This document shows, piece by piece, positions 12,701-28,500 of a stretch of 64,000 nt of DNA. Below the pieces are notes generated by a model. That model ran no database searches, was not told where the DNA came from, and saw only the letters and a program-made list of their open reading frames with translations. The translations under genes and the position numbers were made by a program. Positions within the stretch are counted from its first letter, which is position 1. The number at the start of each line of letters is the position of its first letter. The DNA lies in the NCBI GenBank assembly GCA_000934665.2, contig JYFJ02001084.1:1-64000 (forward strand). Reading direction: 5' to 3'. Source of the DNA: Catajapyx aquilonaris. Taxonomy: Eukaryota.

Positions 12701-15590
12701 CGAAGCTATACAATCTGCCACCCGGATGATGACTTCCAAAGTAATAATATTTTGGCGATGGGGTTGAATATGTAATGTGGGTGGCAATAAGCGGTTTTTG
12801 TAAGTCCCGTTTGGACAGGACGGCGCCCTTCGGCAGCCATCTTGGCAGCTGACCAATGATGCCCTGCGGCCACATACCCCCCTTTCTATATACCATGCGT
12901 CATCTACGTACATGCCTTGCACCGTGCAAAACAGTACACATTTTCAGCATAGAAACTTTGATATAGGTAACATCCCAAAGTGCGAATCGTTCCTTTTATG
13001 TATAGGTAATCTTTGGGAATCCAAGAAGTCACTGGGAATCTGAATATTCAGGATGAAACCATGCGTCACGTGCTGTGGGGGTATTCCGACCCACCCTGAT
13101 GGCATGTACGGTACCTCCCATTGTTGACTGATGCCCAAAACGGAAAGAGGGGCAAAACAGGGCGCGGCTGCAGCCCATTGGATGGACCTTCCTGTCAGCA
13201 TAATTGCATCTGCCCTCAGAGAGATAGATAGAGAGAGAGAGAGAGGAATGTCCTGCATGATGTGTGTCCCCCCCATCCAACCGGACATGACCCCCACTGC
13301 TCTCATTGTTTGTCACTACCGTAATTTACTCCCGGAAAATGATCGGAAGCGGATTCACACTCGCTTTTTTTCCACCTCTCTTTTTTTTTGGTTTTGTTTT
13401 GGAGTGTACATAGGACGAAATGGGCAGGTTGATTGAGTTCACCTACTTTCCCATAGTTACTGCATTACTGAATTACTGCAACATCTGGGGCTCATCGCAA
13501 CCATTTCCTCTAGCCACATACCTCGTAATGGAAACGTGAGAGAGCTGCACTGTTGGCAATACATTGTAGTTGAGATGCTGGTCGCATGGAATTAATGAGC
13601 AGGTGACACCAGGATATATAAAGCAGAAGGTTTGTGTGTATGTCTGGGCTACCTAACCCACTTCCGAACTACTGAGTGCAGCGAGACGTACAAACAAACA
13701 AACTTTGTGCTTTATGCATATAAGATTTCATTTATCAATTCCCCCTGCTAGTTGTCTATATGGGCCACCTGCTAACCTTTTATAGTTAGCTGTCCGAATA
13801 TGGGTGAGCAATGAGTAAGGGTGCATCACGGCCATTGTTGCGCTCAGAAACAACAAGTGGCGACCCTGGATCCAAGGCCAGCCACGATTGGCCCTCCGGA
13901 GCTATTTTTGAGGGGTGCAGGAAAATGCGGTCCACATTCTTCTGCGGATATACTGGAGTGGTGGAGAGGAGGTCGTGAGAGAGGATTATTTTGCTCGGCC
14001 ATACAGAGAGACACGACATGTGTCCGACTGGCCTTGGTTGTTGCAACTGCTGTCCCAAGGGCTTCCACCACCACCAGGGTTGGTGGTACCCAAACTGCTA
14101 AATTCCCCTCCACATTAGCTCAATGTCATCTGCGTGTGTGTGTGTATGCAAAAATAAGGAGGGGCAGGAGCAGCTTACACCTGTGAAAATCGAAGGGGAA
14201 AATAATTACGACATAAGTTGCACAAGGATGCCCGTAAATTTTGCGCAATTGGGCTTTACACAAGAAATATCCATGAATCTCATAGGCATGTGGAGAAATC
14301 TGTAAACATTATTACCATATTTTAGCAATATTATTACTGTATTTAATATGAAGACCCAATTGCTGTCACCTCTCACGAATAGCCCATCATTTGTGATGCA
14401 TGATTAAGCGTAATGACCACCAATCACAATCACCAGAAAGTGGCCAGGTTAACCCCCTATAGGATTTACCTGGGCATTAGAACCGCCCTGGATTTCCGTA
14501 CATGCTTTTAATTGCTCGGGTTTCCCATTAGATTCACTTGGTCGGCCTAGATTCCGCCCAGATTCCCCATCCATCTCAATCCATGAATCCGCCGATGGAA
14601 TCCGCTGGAATCCATATGGATATACATATTTAAAAAAATATTTTTAAATAAATTATGGAAGATTTTGTCCAATTTACTGTTTTGGCGAACACCCTTTTTG
14701 ATTCCGTGAAAATCACATTTGATGTCAAATATTGTCGAGTAATGACCTCCGAACTTTATCTATACCCCGCTGTATTTCCTGATTGCCGGTACCGGTCACC
14801 CACAAAACGGGTAGTGAAGAATTCCGGAAGAGCCAAAAGGTGCTTTCTAGTGTCTCTCAGCTGACAACTTTTGCCAAAGGTCACGCCAGGATTGGGGAAG
14901 GGCTTTTGTGTGGCTTCCCCTTGTTGCCATGTGGTAGTTCCCGAGGAGCAGACGGCAACCCTGGACAGACTGGGTCATCTCTTGGCCCCAGGGGTTTTTC
15001 CACTCCTCTTAGTTCATCCTCTCCATTCGGCCGTTGCAGTCCCCGCAGGTTTTATTCTTTTTTTTCCCCCCACCTCCCAAGTATTCAGGACTCGCCACGA
15101 AGACAGTTTGAAACTCTATAGCTGCCACCTCTTTTCCTTCGCCCCCATACACTTGCAATAAAAACTCACCGCAACAGTATTGCAAAAACATAAAATTGTT
15201 GTCTTCCGGATCATTTTTTTTTGTAGTGGCAAATATTTACGAAACTTGTGATATTTATACTCAATAGGGTGAACGGTTCTGGCGAAGAAAAAAATCCAGG
15301 TCAGGTTTGTGAATGTATTCGAGAATATCTGGAGTTGCGAAAAATAAAATAATTGCAGCTGGTTTTTCAGGCCTCTATCGTTATAATGCTCTGTGGGCCA
15401 ATCGTGTGTATTGTCGCCGAATTTTTGCAGCATCGCATTTCCTGGATGTTAAGCAAACTGACTAATAATTACCCACGTGCTCTAAAGTGACTTAAATTGG
15501 TCATTTGAAATTGAAATGAAATTGAAATAAATTGGCGTATTCGGCTCGTACTGTACACACTGGGTTTTAAATGAAATAATTTGAATAATA

Positions 15591-16090
15591 CAGTTGAATC
15601 CGGATATAACAGCCTCCGTTATAACAGACTTTCGGTTATAACAGATTCGAAAGGCCAATCCCAACATACTTCCGTAAGGCCCTGTGCATTTTTACTCCTG
15701 ATATAACATACTCATTTTCACCTCGCGTCGGGTATAACATAATGTAATAATACTCATTTTCACATCACTTCGGGTATAACATACAATTTATTGGCCCAGT
15801 GAAAGGAAAATATATGCTTTTTCAGGTATAAAATTTGCTTTAAAAAAGAGGCAACATAAGAAAATTTCGGATTTTTTTTTTGTCCTGCATAATTTTCGGG
15901 TGGGCTAATATTGCATATTTTTTTGGCGGACTTCATTAATCAGTACGTAGTAGTGTAGTAGTGTGCATTATAGGCATGTGGAAAGCAGAAAACTTTGTGT
16001 ATTCGTTGCAAAAGTGACGATTAGGCTATAACAGACCTAGAGTATAACAGACAGCGGTTCCTTGAAGTCTGATATATCCGGATTCAACTG
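15591..16090. mobile_element. 500-bp Tc1/mariner (pogo/Tigger-like) MITE
   Basis: TA-CAGTTGAATCCGGATATA ... TATATCCGGATTCAACTG-TA, with subterminal TATAACAG repeats. Confidence 0.85.
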
Positions 16091-16513
16091 TATTAGTAAC
16101 AATATATTATGGGATCCGGACTTTTCGTCCCCGCCGTTTCGCCCTCGGACTTTTATCCCCCGTGACAATTTCGCCCCCATGGCATATTCCACTTTGAATA
16201 TTTAAAATATAGCACAAAATGCGGGATATTCATACAATAGTTTACTCTGCGAGATTTTCACTGTTTTTATTATTTTAATTATTCACATTTTAATTAATTT
16301 TGTGACTTTAACGCCGCTTGCATTTTGTTAGCTTAAATCCAGCATCGTCGGAAAATCCGACCAAGGCTAACCCTCATCATCATTATTTTGTTGTCCCTTT
16401 TTTTTTTACCTCAATTTATTATCCAACTCCCTTTTGTTTTTCTTCGTCTTCTTCCCGGTAATTTATATCGTACCTTCTTTTCCATCAGGTGCTGCTGATT
16501 GGTCCAGAAGATA

Positions 16514-19500
16514 ATGAGGAAGCCACGATTAAGATGGTGGCTGGCATTGTTCGTGGCAGCCTTAGCCGCAGCCACCGCAGCCGGACAAGCCACACGTGAG
16601 TCACTCTCTCTTGTTTCCTTCCGTTGTATCGTCACGGTACCTACGTACCGTCAGACAGGTACACACACGCAGGTTACGTACCTAGCAACACCTGGAAGCT
16701 TCCTGCATCCAACAGGATGAGCTGTGAGAAGAAGAAGCACACCGGGTGTTAATTAAATAATTCTACTAAATTTTTAATGACCCAAAATATTTTGTATAGG
16801 AATATGTCCTTGGAGTTACTGAACTGTTTGGAGATTTCCTGTAGGATACTGTTAGGAATATCCTGAGACTCTCCTGTGGGACAACCTTCACTTCTCCAGT
16901 TTCCCATGGTACCATCTAAGTATTTTATTAGCTCTCTTAGATTTCCCTTCGATGTCTTCGGAATCTCTCGAACAAACCCGCAGTTGATGACGCTCTTCTT
17001 CTTCTTCAATTGTCGAGACATGATGCTGGGGTAGACAGTGCAAAAACTCTGTCGTCTGCGCCCTGATTGGCTCCCTGCTGCGATGCAGGCGACACAGATT
17101 TTTTTGTGCGTAGTTATGGGGAGTTGATTACAGTGGATCCGGTTTTTTTGGGGGGGAGACCTGGCAACAACATTTTGCTTTGTAAATGTCCGACCCAACC
17201 TGTTTGTCCCTCCATGCATTCATTGGTCACCCTGCGACAGAGGCGAAGAGACAGGTGGGCCTCTCTCGAAATCCATTCACCCAGCCGAAAAAGGTCAGGT
17301 AAAGGTCGGGGAATCGGATGTTAAGAGGGGTTGCCCTACTATAAGACCCATCAGCAATTGAGTTATCATCAAAGACAACCTTTGCGAAGACTTGTTTGCG
17401 TCTAGCCCGTTTTGTTTGGCCACAACACTTTGCGGTTGCCACATTCGAGCCTTTCGTTTCGCAAATCATATTTTTCTTCTTCTTCTTTTTTGCACATTAA
17501 CGCGGCAAAGCTTTTGTGAGAATTCCCATCCGCGACTCTTTGCTTGAAAAAAAGAGGTGTCATTAGTCCAAACAGGTTTTCGTACTAATACCCATTTGTG
17601 GTTTTTGCACACCTGCAAAATTCGCCACGGAAGACTTCAATTCGCCAAACTTCAGATTTGCCATCTTCTTCTTTTTGCCTTTTTTTTTGTTGTTCAAAAC
17701 TCTCTGGCCACTTATTTAATTAATACAGCAGCAGTTTTGTAGCTGTTAATATTTAGCTGTTCTTAAATTTTTTGATGAAGATTCGCCAGCTGTAGCTGTT
17801 ATCAAAATATTCAGCACGAATATTTGTGCACATTTATTACCTTACTTAATTAGCAGAAGCGGATATTATCGATTAATTTTTGCGTGCCCAACCGAGTGCG
17901 CACCCCCAATCGCGCAGCTCCTCTGTTGTGACAACAACGTTGCCAGGGTTACTCCTCAGAGGCCAAATAATTAATAACAAACAAACAATTTAATAAACGA
18001 ACAAAGAAAGAAATAAACAATTTAATAAACAAACATCGAAACAGTTTCATAAACAAACATCGAAACAAATAAATAAACAAACGAACAACCAAAGAAATAA
18101 GCAAATAAATAAATAAGTCACAGCCGTAGTCTCTGAGGTTCGTTCCAGAACCTTGGCAACGTCGCAAACGTCGGCCATTTTGTTTCCCTTCAAACGTAGC
18201 GTTGGAAATACACACACTTGACAGTACAGAGAGTTACCAGACTACCAGAAATCATTTCTAATGCCAACCCTGCACGCTGCGCGAACTCTGGTGCGCCCTC
18301 GGTTTCGCTCGTTAAAAAATTCGCATATAGTCCAACATTTAAAAAAGAGCAGCTAGCAGCACGAATGGAATATCCAACTAGGCGTGCAAAATCAATCAGG
18401 TCAGATCCGATGACCCCCTCCCCCCCCCCTCAACCCCTCCCACTCAGGAATGCAGAAAAAATTAATTGCAAAAAACCAACAACCGGCGAACTGGTTCCCA
18501 TGGCTGGTCGGAATCAAAAGCGGTCAAGGACCAACGACGGAGGGCATAGGAAGAAGGCAACACATTTCGCACTGGCTCGCGAATAAGTTTGCGAAAAACT
18601 TTGTAACCAGCAGCAGTTGGGCTCAACGACACCGGAATCGCGAATTTGTATAGCCTCATCTTTTTTTTTTTCTTCAGCAGACTCCGTGACCAGATGATCA
18701 ATTTGCATTGGTGAATGACGCGCCCAGCGAATAGTATTTGGCAATATACTTCCAAATTGGCGGAAATAATTGGCACGGATAATGCAAGGGAGATATTTCT
18801 AACCGGCCGAGAAAATAATACAACATTGTATCGCTTTCACTCCTCTCCACCCGCTGGATTGTTGCGATATGCATTATGAGGCGATCTTGGTTTGCATAAC
18901 CGATCCAATAAAAAGGTGTACAGTAGCCAATATTGCTTAATTTTTTTGTGTGTGTTGCATCATGGCGGATGCAGTCGTGCCAATATAATTCGCAATTTTT
19001 GGTATTCCTTGGTCTTGTTAACCACATTGTCATGTTACTGCATTGTTGAATCCTGTCCGTCTGACAAACCAGTTCCAGTCACGATTTTCCATTGCACCCC
19101 GGTAACCCGGTTTGGCAGTAGCAGGCCCCGTAGAGGTCAAAGGTCATCCCCGGCAAGAAGAAGAGGAAGGAACGAGGGATGTGGGTTGGGTAACGGTCCG
19201 CCATAGTGTCGCGGACAATGCAGCCTTCTTCTTCACCGGTACCCTCCTCAACACAATGCCACCTCATCCGCAACATATGACGTCACACCCCCCTCTTTAA
19301 AAATAATTCGGCTGCTGGGGGGCCTTAACTAACCCGGTTCCGACAGATGCAAAGAAAATGATGAGAGACTCCAGTTCGTACGCACAGCAACCTACATTTC
19401 ACTATCGGGATCACCATGCGCTGTCGTAATTAGTCCAGGTTGTTGTGCCGTAACCGAAGAGTTACAAGTCGTGTAAACACCACGCTCTCTGAGTTTCCTC

Positions 19501-22500
19501 ACTTTTACTTCAAACAGGCGGGGGGAAAGGCAGCAGGAAACTTGAGGAATTCAAATATTTGTAATATTGAACAGTACTGCACAATCCGGAAGAATTTTGT
19601 GGGTATTTCAGGGGTCGAAATATTCGGTGTTCTGCAATAATGTGTCAACCCACAAAAAAATGTCAAGATTGAGCTACGCCCAGGTACATACACCCAAAGG
19701 GCGAAATCTGCATACTTCTGTCAGAAATGATCGAAAAGGACATTTACTGCACATTCAAATCTCTTTTTATCAAAATTGTTATCATGTGGGTTGACTCATT
19801 ATTGCATTATTAGGACTCCAAATGTATTATTTGTGTTTCATAAAATTTTGTGGGAATATTCAGACTTGGTCGAAAAATTCTGATGCAAATGTGCAATTTG
19901 TACTCCAAAATTATTATTTGGACTCCAATTGAGCTATGGAGTGCAAAGTCCAGTTGGTCCATCCGCGGCGCCGGTGCGGTGGACTAGTGGTTAGCGCGCT
20001 CGTCTCTAGTCCCAAAGTTGTGGGTCACTTTTCTCCGGGTGATAGGAAATTGAGAGTGCTCCTTCATTCGGAGGGGAAGTAAAGCCGTCGGTCCCGTGTG
20101 CCTGTGACATTGCGCGAGTGCACGTTAAAGATCCCCAGAGTGGCCAAATTTCCAGGAGGAGGATCACCCCCTAGCGTCGGTGTTGAGCCTTAGAGGCAGA
20201 AGTAGGCCCCCACTAAAGTCCAGTTGGTCCTGTTTTTAAAAAAATTAACATGGTTAAACCCAGTAATTAAATATGAGGCACCCCCGAGTTAGTCTGGACA
20301 TTTAAGATTCGACCCCCTGATATTTATGAGCAAATTCAGCGCATTCTTGTGATAATCCGGGTGATCCCACAAGAATTAGGATAGTCCGGAAGTGAGCATT
20401 GTTGCCTTAGAGCCGCCATCGATAAGCAGGTAACGGCAATTAAATCCCGAATAGAACAATGAGAGTAATTATTATCGCATTTACTTTGGTGATAGGCAGC
20501 ACACGTATACAGAGGCGGTATCGCACCGTTACTTTGCCTTTACATCAGTGAGAGAGTACCGTATAAGCAGGGTGTACGTGCTGTCCAGAGGTCATATGCA
20601 AGTGCTGGTAATTACTACTTGATGCACCTGTTTGCACACGTTTGTTGCTATTCGGCAGTGCACATGCTCTTTGCAATTATAAGTTCATCTGATTGGTCGT
20701 CGCGTGTATGACTTTGGGAGGATCACGCGAGAGAGTATTCCGAGGTGCAATTAACGGTGGTCTGGTGCTGCAGTTGTTTCGCGGGATAATAAAGGTCTCC
20801 GTAGCCAATCGTGCGTCACGACCGGAATGCGATTTTTATTCGCTGGTCAGGCGGCAGCCGTGTCAGTTGAGTGACCACGACGTATATCTAATACCGATGT
20901 CCGTGCCATGCGTCACTGCCCACATTCTCTGCCTTTAACATGCCTTTCACCTGCAAGCTGGTCACTAGCTGGAAGGACTGCTGCAATCCACCTGATTTAT
21001 ACAGTGTGTTTCGCAATTTAGCTCACATCGGTTGAAACGTCATCAGATTGGCGATTCTGCCGGTACGGAATGAGAGCTAAATTTTTGAAACACACGGTAT
21101 ACATTTGCATCAGCTGTCGGTGGGCCAAGTTTTAGCACTCTCAGTAGTCCGGAAGNCCCCCCCCCCTACACGTACACGTGTGCGCACATGTGTTGAGGCA
21201 GGGGAAGGACATGCGCATTCCTTCGAGGGTGACGTCACCTGTTAGGATCGCTTCATCTGGAGGTGTATATGGGCGTGACCTGCTACATGTCTCAGGATTC
21301 ATACGTAAATCTCTCTCATTCCTGATTTACCTGAGAGATTTTTACAGTTAGGTTCGAGAGGACCAGCAACACTAAAACATGAGTCGCAACGAACACTCAA
21401 TAATTCGCTTTTTCTGTAAATATACAGGTTGACTCGAAAGTCACGATACATAGGTAACTGGAGTGCATTGTTGATTTCCAGTTGTGTCATCAACTAGCAT
21501 ATTGTTGACAATCAGTTAATGTTGATGGTTGGCACAACTGGAAACTAACAATGGATGTGTCCTAACTTATATAGCGTCACCCTGTGTACTGTACGGTCAG
21601 GGAGCATGTACTACATAAGAGGCGTAAACTTCTGTCAGCTCCTTAGATGTCGGCGTCTCTCTGTTTGGGGCCGTTGCCAAGGCTGGCGGCCATTTTGAAG
21701 TGTGGGCAAATCCAACGAGGTGTAAATATAGGGTACAGGCAAAAATAGGGTCCGCCATCTTTGATGGTTTTGGCGGCCATGGCAACTACACGGCAAGAAC
21801 ACGCGCGAATCAAAGATGGCGGACCCTATTTTTGCCTGTACCCTATTTATACCTCGTTGGCGTTGCCCACACTTCAAAATGGCTGCCAGCCTTGGCAACG
21901 CCCCAAACAGAGAGACGCGGAAATCGAATGTTTGCGCCTCCTATGTAGTATATGCTCCCTGGTACGGTAATGATACACTCGACGAATCTTTAATCTCGTA
22001 AGGTAATTTCTTTGGTGAATTATGGCCATCAACAGGTGACTCGCAAGAAAAATTTATGGTAGGATCTCTACTAATAAAAGCATGCTTCTATAGTAGCACA
22101 TGGAAGCCATAATTAGCCTCAAGGTCGTGCAAATTTGTAGTGTTAGTCCTAATAATAAGTGTGTATCTGCAACGATTGGCCATGGAGAATCGCCAATATC
22201 GGAAGGATCCATCAAGAGTGCGAAATCTCACAAGGACGCCCTTTTTTCCCTTTCAAACAAACAGTAGTGCAATCAGCATTTTTTTTGTTGGCTGGCTAAA
22301 ATTACACTCTTGAAGCCACGCCTTCCTAACACACACATGCACACCCGCCCACGCATGGAAAAAAAAGGGACAAGAAGAGAAATGATGAGTTGAGATGTTA
22401 GGTAAGGGCTTATCCGTGTCCATCAAAAAGGATGCGCAAGGCTTGCTCCAACTTGAAGTGAGCGTATGTTACGAAAGTGGGTGGTGAGCAAGTGGGTGGT

Positions 22501-25500
22501 AAAGAAGGTAAAAAAGAAGAAGTGAGTCGAGTGGAGAAGGGGGCAGAGAGCGAAATGGAAAGGCGGCCAACAACAACAAGGGACGGATCTAACGTCCTGT
22601 GGGATCATTCCGTGTAACTTCATCGTGGGAACATTGCACCTTTTGCTCGATTCGCTCTTTTGCCACCATCGGTGGCGCTACCAGTACGACATCATGTTTT
22701 GTTGCAGAATGTGGCACCCTGCATGCAAAAAAACATGGTGCGTGAGGTAGCTTCCCATTAGGTTTGGGAGCGGTTTTCACCGGAAGTGAAGTCCCTTCTT
22801 GTTCGCATGAGGGATGCGAAAGTTTGTCGCCTATCAGAGTCAGGCGCAGTTATACCAGACAGAAAGTACTGTACACACTACAAGAGAACTGTGCCCAATC
22901 CGATCGGCACGGCTTGAAGGATCGGCGGAAAATGTTCCCGTCGCCATTGGACACGCGCGTGCTCCTCATTGTAGGCCAGACAGAATGGACGCGAAGATGC
23001 CAATTCATCCAAAAAAAAAAGCCACCTAGTACCTTACTTGCATCATAGATGGCACATCCTCCCTCTATGCACACTACTGCCACTCTCAGATCATGCGAAC
23101 GGTAGTGGTACTATCAGCTCGGACAAAAAAACGCAAGATTCGAGTAGACTTTTTTCTCATTGGGCAGCGGAAAATGAGGCCGACGACACTATCGGATCAG
23201 GGAGCATATAGCATAAGAGGCGCAAACATTCTATTTCCGCGTATCTCTGTTTGGGGCGTTGCCAAGGCTGGCGGCCATTTTGAAGTGTGGGGAACGCCAA
23301 CGAGGTATAAATAAGGTACAGGCAAAAATAGGGTCCGCCATCTTTGATGGTTTTGGCGGCCATGGCAACTACACTGAAAAACCACGCGCGAATCAAAGAA
23401 GGCGGACCCTATTTTTGCCTGTTCCCTATTTATACCTCGTTGGCGTTGCCCACACTTCAAACTGGCAGCCAGCCTTGGCAACGCCCCAAACAGAGATACG
23501 CGGAAATCGAATGTTTGCGCCTCTTATGTAGTATATGCTTCCTGATCGGATTCTAATAATTGGACAACAGTGACATAGAATGTTGTCTCATTTGCCGTTG
23601 ACTTGACTCGACCTTGGCGGATAGAGTGAGCCCGGAAAACCGGAAGTGGCTGGTCACCGGAAGTTGGTTGTGACACTTATGTAGGGTCCGTTGATTCCGA
23701 ATCCGAAAACCGTTTGTCGCTATCTCTTGCGGTTTAGGCCCCGATACCTGTCCACAGACGGACGGACGGACAGAGCTGTTCTATATAAGACTTTTTTTTT
23801 GTAGGGGAAAAGGACAGAGGCGTATACAGTGTGCTTAAAGTTGGTGTACCTGTGGGTCATATAGGCAACAGTCTGCGATTTTGTGGGTGAAAACGAGAGG
23901 AGCACACGTTGGGTCATGACAAGCTCCATTATAAAATGTACCCTTCCTCATGAGGCGGGCAGGGGCAACGTGAAAGTCCTGGTTGTTCCTGTTTGACATG
24001 TGAGATGGTTAACACTGTTGGGGCTTTTTGGGTATGCCCTTTTCCCATTTGGCCCACTTTTGGGAGCAACGTACGGAAGTAGCCTTCTCTTGAAGCCACT
24101 CAACGAGAGCTGCCTGGGAGGGAGGGAATACTTACTTCATGGCCATTCACTGATTGCATCTGGAAGTTGACCAGTGGGCTTGTTTTCTCCCACGTATATC
24201 CACGCAGCTCCCCCCCTCGGGAGTCAAGATGCCAACACACAAAAAGAGTTGCTCTTGGGCCAGTTTGATGGCCCCTTTGTTGTTTGGCCAAATCGTGTCT
24301 GGAAGGCGGGTGAATCAGAGGAGCACACTGATGGACAACGCTTTGCATAATTGCTTCCTCACTCACCATACCGAATTCTTCCTCGCTAATGGACAGGTCG
24401 AGGCACTTTCGGTTCAGATATTACGCTGTAAGAAATCGGGGTGAAATATGGACGGTATACGGACTTTTCGGCCCCGGCACATTGGCCCCCGTGACCTTTT
24501 CGCCCCCATATGATCGTAATCTACTAATAATATCAGGCTTCTATTAGCACATGGACGCCATGGAAGGTAAAAAAATATATGGAATTATGCATCTTACATA
24601 TATAAATGAGAAAGTTTGTCGGTATTTATGTATATACATAACCCAGTGTTGCAGCAAGGGCTAATTGTCATCTCTGTGTCTTTGCAGCACCATGCAAGGT
24701 TGCAACGGGACAGTCCAGCATCATCCTGGACATGGAGGAAAGCAGGGGAAACCGTAAGTATTCTATTCGAGCTGACCTTTGACCTGAACTGGGATTAACT
24801 TTTGGCTTTTTAAAGAGTTGGACCAGGGGACGTCTCCGGCTGAGCTTCCGATTGGTGGTGACCCTCTCCAGGAGGTAGAGTTGGGCTTGGTGTTTCCATC
24901 GGGTGTCCAGTATTTTGTCCTGAACGGAAAGCGTCTACAGTTGGTGTCCCCTTTGGACAGGGACGCGGGCGACCTGGCCTCCATCGTCTTTCAGGTAGGC
25001 ACCTGACCCACGAACCTTTGACCCTCACTCACATACTGGTTATGACTTTTCCTCAGGTATCGTGCACAGTGAGGGCCACAGGTCAACGACGGAACGTGCC
25101 CATCATAGTCAGGGTGTCCGATGTGAACGACAACGCTCCGGTCTTCCACGACACGCCCTACGTGACCTCGGTGCCAGAGGTCAGTCTGAAACATTTTCTT
25201 GTCAAAAGTTGGCAGGTGTTTGGGAGCTCCGGGGAAGTTTAGGCCAAGGGCTTCCTTTTTCTTTCGATGGCGTCTGTTCCGTGCCGAAGAGCAGTCAAGG
25301 TCAGGTGGTCACAAGAGCGTGACCATCGGAGGGAGAGGAGGGGTCATCAACGAGGCAGGGAAAGTGAAGCCTCGGGTTCTGCAGCTCTAAAATGTGACAT
25401 CTGGGACGCAGGATGAAATCGAGACTTTTTATTTGTCGATATCTGTTACACATTTTCGAATTTTGAGCCCAGGTTTTCACTCAGGGCCGGCCAGATATTT

Positions 25501-28500
25501 GACAAAACTTAGATTCGGAACTTGGAACTTGCAATAAAAATTATTTCGGAACACTGCAACATCTTAAAGAAAAGTCTAAAGCATAATGTCCAACATGAAG
25601 CAAGAAAATCTAGAGAAAATGCAATGTGGTCCAGGAGGATGTGGAGACTGGCTCTGAATAGGTGTATAGTCAGGAATCATAAGAATCTAGGTGAATCGAC
25701 AGAGAGAGATGAAAGAGAATCTACTCTTTATCGTGAAGAAAATTTCACCCCCTCGGGAGGAGAAAGAATAATTGTAATCGTCGGGGGGAAAAAATTTGAT
25801 GTGTATAGCAGTACTTACAGGCTTATCCTATACAGTACTTTGATGTAAATTAAGCGCAAACTTCTGTTGTTGTTATTATTATTGTAGTCCGGTCGACGAT
25901 TATTTCCGAGCAAACATAGTTTGCTTTTATACTTACCGCAAATAAAAACCAGCAATTGAATACCGCAAATAATCAGCAATTGAAATGTATGAAAACCATC
26001 GAAAATTAATAGAATTAAATTGACATTTCCTCGTAGCAGTTTAACCGGATTTCACCTTCATGCTACTTATGATATATAAAAAAATTAATGCAACATTGTA
26101 CAAATCTCACACATAAAGTTGCTTTCTAGGTGTCAGAATTGGCCTCGAGGCGAATGTCTCCCACCTGGGGCGGGTTTATCCGAGAGAAAGTTCAAATCGC
26201 AACGAAATTCGACCAATTTTCACTCGGCTAGGCAATCACAACAATCGTAAAAAAAAAAAGCAAGACGGATGAAAAAATATATGAATAAAACCAGTGGAGC
26301 TTGCCAGCAGGTCATTTACTCTTTTGATCACTGGCACGTACCACCGAGCTTCCTGACCCTGACACTTTTTTTTTTCTTGCACATTTTTTTGAGGGTAAAA
26401 CTGAGATAATTTGGGCGGATTTTTGCGTGATTATTTCCGGTCGGTCGCACCTTTAGATGGCCGTTTGTCTGCCGGTGCATCGGAGCAGGACCGTTATACC
26501 CCCCTTCCTTAACCCCAACCACCACCTCTTGTTATATGCCCCCCCTTAAAAAGTTGTTTGCGATGGCCACGGAGGCGAGCAATCTTTGGTAATTGGCTAA
26601 TTGGACAGAGGCTCTAGCTCTCTTAATGAATACAACCTGTTAAAGATCCGAGACGCGGATCTTCAACCGTTACTGTACGACGCAACTATGACAGTGACGT
26701 TTATGGTCATATTTAAATGACTTGTGTCTGTTACCTGAATACATTTAGAATTGGTTGTGAACTTGTAGCGTTTGAGGATTCACGTGGATTGTGAAGGATT
26801 TGTTGTGAATTGGTGTTTGAGGATTTGCGTGGATTTATGTGTTATTGTCTTCAATAAGCTGTGGGACTGTAACTGTGAGGAGTACTGTAACTATGGGGAC
26901 TACTGTCCCCACAATTTCTCTTGCGAGGACATTTTGGGTCCCCACATCTTCACACACCAGAACGTTCGTTACCGATATAGTGGGGACATGTCCCCACATT
27001 TTCGATTTGAATGGTTTCACAAAAGTCGATTTCTCGCAGCCTAGGTTAGTTAGTAGGTTAGGTTACACTCGGTTCGAAAAGTTGAGTTTTCAATGTCCCC
27101 ATACCTTATTGAGTGCAAGTCTGTGTGGATTGTGAAGGATTTGTTGTTAATTGGTGTTTGAGGATTTGCGTGGGCATATTAGACTTGTGAAGGATTCCTA
27201 GTGAATTGAAGTAGTGAGGATTCGCGTGGATTTATGGATGAATCGTGAAGAATTGAGTGGAGATTTGTGGCTGATTCGTATGCGACGTGCACAACATTTT
27301 TTTGAAGACGTTTATCCATGGATGAGTCCACCAAATGGATATAAGAGACATGGCAGATTGGACGTGACAAGAAGTGGCCATTGAGAATTGTGATGAATAA
27401 GACTTCGGAGGTGCCAATCCGGACCGGAAGCCAAACCAGTTCTTCCCACCCTGTACCTTGAAGACAAAATGCTGGCCGCCTACGCACAGCCGTGACAAGA
27501 ACTTGAAAGGGCTGCACCGGCGGTCAAGCGATTGGTTCGATCCGAAAGAGAATCGCACATCATAACCCTACACAATAAGTAGACGCCAAGTGGTGTAAAA
27601 AGTAGAGGAGGATTCAGAGCTCCAGGCGTCTCCGGACGTGTTTTTTTTTTACATATAAAATTATTCCGATGTGGGAAAACCGGTTGTCTCCTCCGATGCA
27701 CCTGTCGTGTCGAAGAGGAGTTTTTTTAAAAAAGTGGGTGGGTGGGTTCAGAGGAAACCGTTCAAGTGTGTACATGATGGTGTCACTCACCCGGAGCTAC
27801 CGCTTCACACGATCAGGTGTCTCCTTCTAATAATACTGTAATAATAATAATACCACGCATTGTGTTCCAACCGGTCTGTACTAGTTGGCCATTTTCGCAC
27901 TATAAGCCACCAATTTCTTTTGAAATATTACTTCATGCAGACATAACGATTATCTGATAATACTTAGGTTGAATTGGATCATTAAAGGAAAATGTAATGG
28001 TGTCGTTTAAGTGGGATCCGAGCCAGGGATTAGGCACTTCAGACAGTAGGCCTACTATAGTGTACGACGGACTTCGCGAACTTTTTGCACAGACTTCAGT
28101 CAGACATCAACCGGACTTGAGTCGGATTGGTCGGACTTCACCAAGACTTCAGTCGGACTTGAAGGACTTCAGCCGGACTTCAGTCTCGGTGTACGAAGGA
28201 CTTCAAAAGTGACTAACCCTTCGAGATCTGAGGCTGCTAAGGCCATTGGTATCGGGAGAAACCCGAGAAAACCGACGTTTGCACAAAGAGAACTGCATAT
28301 TTTCCCCAGATGAGAAAATCCTTCGCCATAAATCAGCCGAATGATCTATAGTTTGGAGAGGGGCCATTTAATATACACACCTTGGCACCCATAAACGCCC
28401 CTCCTCATTAATTTTCGGAAAAGACAGTCTGGGGTCGCAGGAAACAATGGACATCAGCTTCTTCCGGTCTTTTAGGAGCAAGGTGCTCTGTCTAATCATG

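Noticed and set aside
21597..23556. Recurring short ORFs (MPRLAAILKCG..., ...WRTLFLPVPYLYLVG...) found at several loci
   Set aside because: They are translations of the palindromic MITE copies, not a gene family.
23830..24400. Minus-strand stretch with faint THAP-like words (VCSSRF...LLP...PTL)
   Set aside because: Needs several frameshifts and lacks clear C2CH spacing; too weak without a search.
27040..27066. TTAGG-like run resembling the arthropod telomeric repeat
   Set aside because: Only a few degenerate units inside a repeat-derived intronic segment; not a telomeric array.
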